64,000 nt of DNA from the NCBI GenBank assembly GCA_037445065.1, contig JBBILD010000005.1, positions 1 to 64,000 of the forward strand, written 5' to 3'. This document shows positions 59,284 through 64,000 of the stretch, piece by piece. The notes beneath the pieces were generated by a model. It worked only from the letters and a program-made list of their open reading frames with translations. It was not told the DNA's origin and made no database searches. The DNA comes from Myxococcales bacterium (GTDB lineage: Bacteria; Desulfobacterota; Binatia; HRBIN30). Every line of letters begins with the position of its first letter. Position 1 is the stretch's first letter. The translations under genes were made by a program, and so were the position numbers.

Positions 59284-60188
59284 GCTCCATTGAGGTCGGT
59301 CAAGCTCAGAAACTGCCGATAGCGCCGCTTGATTTGATCACGATCCAGCGTACGCAGACGACGCAGACCAAAGTCCTCGACCACAAACGAAGCCACGACG
59401 CTCCCGTACACGATCGCCCTGCGTAGGCTCGCCTCGGAACGATCGCGTAACTCGGCCAGCGCTCCCATGAAGGCGCCAGCAAACGCGTCTCCCGCACCGG
59501 TGGGATCGAACACCTCCTCCAGCGGGAAGGCGGGAACCGCAAACACGGAGTCGGCCGAAAATTGAATCACGCCGTACTCGCCGCGTTTGATGAGGACCCT
59601 CCCGGGTCCGAGTCGCAGCAGCCTGCGCGCAGCGCGCACCACGTTCGTCTCGCCGCTCAATAACCGCGCCTCTTCGTCGTTGATCACCAGTACGTCTACC
59701 TGGCCAAGCAGGCGCTCCAACGCTGAGCGCGAGCCAGTGATCCAGTGGTTCATCGTGTCGCACCCAACCCATCCGGGTGCGGTGAGTTGGCCCAGCACCT
59801 CGCTTTGCAGCTCCGGGTCAATATTCGCGAGAAACACGTACTGGGCGTCGCGATACTCCTCGGGGAGGCGAGGCCGGAAATCGGCAAACGCACCCAGGTC
59901 AAGCTCGAGCGTGTCCCGTTTGTTCATGTCCTCATGGTAGCGCCCGCGCCAGAAGCCGGTCCGCCCCGGGCGCACCTCAAGGCCCCGCAAATCAATCCCC
60001 CGCCTACGCAGGAACTCGCGTTCCTCCGGCGGGAAATCTTCCCCGACCGCAGCGACCATCTGCACCGGCGAAAAGAAACTGGCAGCGACCGAAAAATAGG
60101 TGGCGGAACCGCCCAGAGTCCGTTCAACTTTGCCATGGGGTGTCTCGAGGCTGTCCATAAAGACCGAACCAACAACGAGAATACTCAC
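59280..60188 (-). CDS. PfkB family carbohydrate kinase
   Basis: GGSA, NDEEA, DPTGAGDAF. Confidence 0.92.
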   Translation of the reverse strand: MSILVVGSVFMDSLETPHGKVERTLGGSATYFSVAASFFSPVQMVAAVGEDFPPEEREFLRRRGIDLRGLEVRPGRTGFWRGRYHEDMNKRDTLELDLGAFADFRPRLPEEYRDAQYVFLANIDPELQSEVLGQLTAPGWVGCDTMNHWITGSRSALERLLGQVDVLVINDEEARLLSGETNVVRAARRLLRLGPGRVLIKRGEYGVIQFSADSVFAVPAFPLEEVFDPTGAGDAFAGAFMGALAELRDRSEASLRRAIVYGSVVASFVVEDFGLRRLRTLDRDQIKRRYRQFLSLTDLNGA

Positions 60189-61063
60189 GTTCCACTCCTC
60201 CCTTGCTTGTTCCAGTACTTGCCGAGCAACGGCTGCAGGTCGTGGCGGACGGCCTCCGGAATCCGCCTCGCATCGGTAATCACCGCGTGCTCGAGGGCAG
60301 ACGCGCACGGGCAGGAGCGCTCGAACGGCAAGCGGGAGGCGGCACTGCCAACAATACGCCGTGCCATCGCTACGTTCTGTTCCAGAATTTTGAGCACGTC
60401 CAAGATGGCTACGTCCGCTTCTGCCTCGTGCCAGCAATCATAGTCGGTGGCCAAGGCTAAGGTCGCAAAGCAGATCTCAGCCTCGCGGGCCAACTTTGCT
60501 TCTTGCACGTTCGTCATCCCGATGACATCCGCTCCCCAAGAGCGGTACAGGTGCGACTCCGCGCGCGTCGAAAACTGGGGACCCTCCATGCATAAGTACG
60601 TACCGCCATCATGAACCGTCGCACCCTCCGCACGCGCTACTTCGACCAAGAGAGAGGAAAGCTTAGGACAGACCGGCTCGGCAAAGCTCACATGGGCAAC
60701 AACGCCATTGCCGAAGAACGTACTCGGGCGGCGGTAGGTTCGGTCAATGAACTGTCGGGGAACGACCAGGTGCCCCGGCGCAATGTGCTCACGCAGGCTT
60801 CCTACCGCGCCGACTGAGATCAGCCACTCTACGCCGAGCTTCTTCATGCCGTAAATGTTGGCGCGGAAGTTGATCTCCGAGGGGAGCAAGCGATGCCCTC
60901 GCCCATGGCGCGGCAAAAACACCAGATCGAGTTCGCCCAAGCGGCCTACCACATAGTCATCCGAGGGGTGGCCGAAGGGGGTAGCCATTTGTACCGAGCG
61001 TACGTCTTGCAGGCCCGGCAACTCGTAAAGCCCGCTGCCACCAATGACTCCGAGCGCGCGCAT
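60185..61063 (-). CDS. mtnP: S-methyl-5'-thioadenosine phosphorylase
   Basis: GGSG, RHG, EGPQFSTRAES, IGMT, TDYDCW. Confidence 0.95.
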   Translation of the reverse strand: MRALGVIGGSGLYELPGLQDVRSVQMATPFGHPSDDYVVGRLGELDLVFLPRHGRGHRLLPSEINFRANIYGMKKLGVEWLISVGAVGSLREHIAPGHLVVPRQFIDRTYRRPSTFFGNGVVAHVSFAEPVCPKLSSLLVEVARAEGATVHDGGTYLCMEGPQFSTRAESHLYRSWGADVIGMTNVQEAKLAREAEICFATLALATDYDCWHEAEADVAILDVLKILEQNVAMARRIVGSAASRLPFERSCPCASALEHAVITDARRIPEAVRHDLQPLLGKYWNKQGRSGT

Positions 61064-61073
61064 GTTCTTCTCC

Positions 61074-62024
61074 TCAATCGCCTTGCACGATAGTCAGGCG
61101 GGGACCGATCTCGCACCGGAGCTGTCGCACCTCCGGAAGCAAATCGCCATCGATGGTGTAGGAAGTCTCTTGTTTGAATTCGACCAAAACCACTTGCGCT
61201 AGGTTGTCGTACAAGGTGGGAATGCGCAATGGACACCCGCTGCGCAGGTGGGGAAGCCGCGCAATCACATCCCGCGCCCTTACCCGCCCGGCCAGGCAGT
61301 GGAAAAAACCGCGCTTGCGGGTTGCCAAGTACGTTGCCGAGAAACCCAGCCCAATGTCTTCGATCGTACTGGCATACAAAACATTGTAATCCGACAATGG
61401 AACCCGCTCACCGTCGCAATCCACCGTTGCCCGGAAACCCTGCAGCAGCGAGTGGGCGAGCCGGCCGCCGACCAGGCCGGACGCAACCGCGCGCCCCAAA
61501 CACACGGCAGCGGCAACCGGCCCTCTACGCGCACCGCTGTAATACACCTGCAGAAAGTTCACGATCACTCCAGCACCGACCATGAAACCGTAAAAGTCCC
61601 CATTCACCCGGATCAGATGCCGCTCGGTCGTGCGCAGTGCTTCTCCAGCCCGGTAGCGGGAGACCACGCTGCGCAGCACTTGCTCGGGGCTGCCCGGACG
61701 AACGTTCACGGAGCGTGCAATCGTGTTCATGGAGCCCGCGCGCAGCGGCAAAAATGCCGGCAGAGTCTGCGCGCCAAAGGCTCGCACGAGCGCTGACAGG
61801 GCCCGGAAAAAACTCCCGTCTCCGCCGCATACGGCAACAAGATCCGCACCACACGTGCTGAGTAGTTGTGCAAATCGGTCCAACGCTTCCAAGGACTCTG
61901 GTTGTTCGACTAGGCCATCCCCACCCACGATCTTTCTCAGCGCTGGCAGACGCTCATCGCGGCCGCGATTTCGGCCTGCGTGCGGGTTCACGATGACTCC
62001 GATCACGAGTGGCCGTCCGTTCAA
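61074..62024 (-). CDS. Diacylglycerol/lipid kinase family protein
   Basis: NPHAG, GGDGS, GSMNTIA, IDGD; start uncertain. Confidence 0.85.
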   Translation of the reverse strand: MNGRPLVIGVIVNPHAGRNRGRDERLPALRKIVGGDGLVEQPESLEALDRFAQLLSTCGADLVAVCGGDGSFFRALSALVRAFGAQTLPAFLPLRAGSMNTIARSVNVRPGSPEQVLRSVVSRYRAGEALRTTERHLIRVNGDFYGFMVGAGVIVNFLQVYYSGARRGPVAAAVCLGRAVASGLVGGRLAHSLLQGFRATVDCDGERVPLSDYNVLYASTIEDIGLGFSATYLATRKRGFFHCLAGRVRARDVIARLPHLRSGCPLRIPTLYDNLAQVVLVEFKQETSYTIDGDLLPEVRQLRCEIGPRLTIVQGD

Positions 62025-62037
62025 AAGGCGCGGGGTT

Positions 62038-63120
62038 TCAGACCTGCGCTTCCTTCGAGGCCCCCGCTGGGCGTGACAAAGCGAGCTGCCCACAGGCAGC
62101 CTGCACGTCTCTACCGCGACTCCGCCGCACGGTTGCCAACAAACCCCGGCTCAAGAGCCGCTCCTGAAACGCACGAACCGCGGCTTCAGTCGGGCGCCGA
62201 AATTCCACCCCTGGAAACGGATTCCATGGAATGAGGTTCACTTTCGCGCGTAAGCCGCGCAGCAACGTAGCAAGTCGCTCGGCATCTCCCATGGAATCAT
62301 TCACACCCGCCAGCAAAACATACTCGAACGTGATCCGCCGCCGTTGTGGCAGAGGCAGAGAACGGCAAGTGTCCAGCAGCTCCCGCAACGGGTAGCGGCG
62401 ACTAATCGGCATCAGTTGCGCTCTCTGCTCTTCGCTAGTTCCCGTGAGGGACACGGCGAGTTGCACCGGCGTTTCAGAAACCAAGCGCCGCATCTGGGGT
62501 AAAAGCCCCACGGTGGATACGGTGACGCGCCTCCCCGACAACCCAAAGCCCCATTCGGCCAAAAGCACCTCGATTGCTTGCAACAAACTGTCGTAGTTGG
62601 CCAGGGGCTCTCCCATTCCCATGAATACGACGTTGGTCAGGCGCTCTCCGGGATCCAAGTGTTCCAGGGCAACCAAGACCTGGGCCAAAATCTCTGCCCC
62701 ATGGAGATTCCGCCGCAGGCCGAGGCGGGCTGTGGCGCAAAACGCGCAGCCCATTCCGCAACCGACCTGGGACGACAAGCAGAGGGTGAGACGCGGGGCA
62801 TCTGGAATCAACACACTTTCCACCGCGGCCCCGTCTGGGAACGCTAGCAGCAGCTTGCGCGTACCGTCCCAACTCCGCTGCACCTCGACCCGTTGGGGAG
62901 CGAGCAGGAAAAAGTCTCGCTCTAGCGCCGCCCGCAGGCCGCGCGGTAGGTCGGTCATGCACGAAAAGGACTTGGCGCGCCGAGCGTAAACCCACGAGAG
63001 AATCTGTTGGCACCGATACGGTGGTTCGCCGCGGTCGGCAACCCACCGGCGCAGCGCAGCAGGAGTGAAGAGGATGCGACCGCCGCCCTCGGGCGCCTCA
63101 GTGGATCTCGGACTCCGCAA
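62038..63120 (-). CDS. rlmN: Dual-specificity RNA methyltransferase RlmN (radical SAM)
   Basis: [25 protein letters not shown]; start (TTG overlapping ndk) uncertain. Confidence 0.95.
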   Translation of the reverse strand: MRSPRSTEAPEGGGRILFTPAALRRWVADRGEPPYRCQQILSWVYARRAKSFSCMTDLPRGLRAALERDFFLLAPQRVEVQRSWDGTRKLLLAFPDGAAVESVLIPDAPRLTLCLSSQVGCGMGCAFCATARLGLRRNLHGAEILAQVLVALEHLDPGERLTNVVFMGMGEPLANYDSLLQAIEVLLAEWGFGLSGRRVTVSTVGLLPQMRRLVSETPVQLAVSLTGTSEEQRAQLMPISRRYPLRELLDTCRSLPLPQRRRITFEYVLLAGVNDSMGDAERLATLLRGLRAKVNLIPWNPFPGVEFRRPTEAAVRAFQERLLSRGLLATVRRSRGRDVQAACGQLALSRPAGASKEAQV

Positions 63121-63514
63121 AAAAGAAGCCGATTTCCCACCGTGCGGTGTCGGGGCCATCGGATCCATGCACAGCATTTTTCTCCACATCCGTGCCAAAG
63201 TCGCCGCGGATCGTGCCCGGCGGAGCTTTGCGAGAATCCGTCGGTCCCATGATCTCGCGGTTGCGAGCAATTGCGTTTTCACCCTCTAGCACCATGACCA
63301 GGACAGGCCCCGAGGACATGAACCGAACTAGGTCCTGGTAAAACGGACGTTCGCGATGAACCGCGTAAAACCGCGCTGCCGTATCGGGAGAGAGGTGCAG
63401 CATTTTCGCCGCGGCAATCCGCAAACCAGCGGCCTCGAAACGCCGCAGGATCTCGCCCATCACACGCTTTTGCACTGCGTCCGGTTTGATAATCGAAAGG
63501 GTTCGTTCGATCAT
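63098..63514 (-). CDS. ndk: Nucleoside diphosphate kinase
   Basis: IIKPD, GTIRGDF, NAVHGSD. Confidence 0.97.
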   Translation of the reverse strand: MIERTLSIIKPDAVQKRVMGEILRRFEAAGLRIAAAKMLHLSPDTAARFYAVHRERPFYQDLVRFMSSGPVLVMVLEGENAIARNREIMGPTDSRKAPPGTIRGDFGTDVEKNAVHGSDGPDTARWEIGFFFAESEIH

Positions 63515-63550
63515 TCCAATGTCCTCGCTTGTGAGAAAGGAGCCGGAGGC

Positions 63551-64000
63551 TCAGTTCAGACTCAGGCCACGGTCCTTCAAGGCCGTCAGCATAGTGCTCC
63601 CGAGTTCTGCCGGGCTACGGGCTACGTACATCCCCGCTGCCTCGAAGGCACGAAACTTTTCTGCCGCGGTTCCCTTCCCCCCTGCGATAATGGCCCCGGC
63701 ATGACCCATTCGTTTCCCCGGCGGAGCGGTGGCCCCAGCGACAAAACCCACCACCGGCTTGCTCATCCGTTGTTTGACAAATTCTGCCGCTTCTTCCTCC
63801 GCGCTTCCCCCAATCTCGCCAATGAGGATAACACCTTGGGTTTCGGGGTCGTTCTCGAACAGTTCCAAGATGTCAATGAACCCAGTGCCAGCCACTGGGT
63901 CTCCCCCAATTCCAACACAGGTAGACTGTCCCAAGCCGAGGCGTGTGAGTTGGTGCACCGCTTCGTATGTCAACGTCCCGCTCCGCGAGACCACCCCGAC
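63551..64000 (-). CDS. sucD: Succinyl-CoA synthetase alpha subunit (5' truncated by window)
   Basis: [27 protein letters not shown]. Confidence 0.95.
   Translation of the reverse strand, partial: VGVVSRSGTLTYEAVHQLTRLGLGQSTCVGIGGDPVAGTGFIDILELFENDPETQGVILIGEIGGSAEEEAAEFVKQRMSKPVVGFVAGATAPPGKRMGHAGAIIAGGKGTAAEKFRAFEAAGMYVARSPAELGSTMLTALKDRGLSLN

Overview
GC-rich bacterial chromosomal segment with about 58 CDSs, one tRNA-Ser(GGA) and the SRP RNA. Gene content and synteny (ffs-dnaX-ybaB-recR; sucD-ndk-rlmN-mtnP-pfkB-ugd; a deltaproteobacterial-type Fur box) suggest a diderm of the former Deltaproteobacteria, possibly Ca. Binatia; this is inference only. Most of the window is housekeeping or metabolic (glgB, glgC, lepA, asd, sppA, a HelD-like ATPase, nucleotide-sugar genes). 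The best candidate for an undescribed system is a tightly coupled operon at 33856-37992, preceded by a near-perfect Fur box. It encodes an outer-membrane beta-barrel, an exported FMN-binding protein, a His-bearing ~4-TM membrane protein, a divergent ApbE flavin transferase, a Bfd [2Fe-2S] protein and bacterioferritin, and could form a trans-envelope flavin-based iron reduction/uptake-and-storage module. Also notable: a four-gene type IV minor-pilin cassette between tRNA-Ser and ffs; an orphan HTH gene with a sigma54-type promoter; two intergenic structured-RNA candidates; a secreted protein with 14 FG-GAP repeats and a dockerin-like tail; a MetE-like protein lacking its Zn ligands; and a bacterial TMTC-like glycosyltransferase. 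No CRISPR array, transposase, integrase or prophage was seen. All calls come from motif recognition by eye. No searches were run, and many start codons are best guesses.
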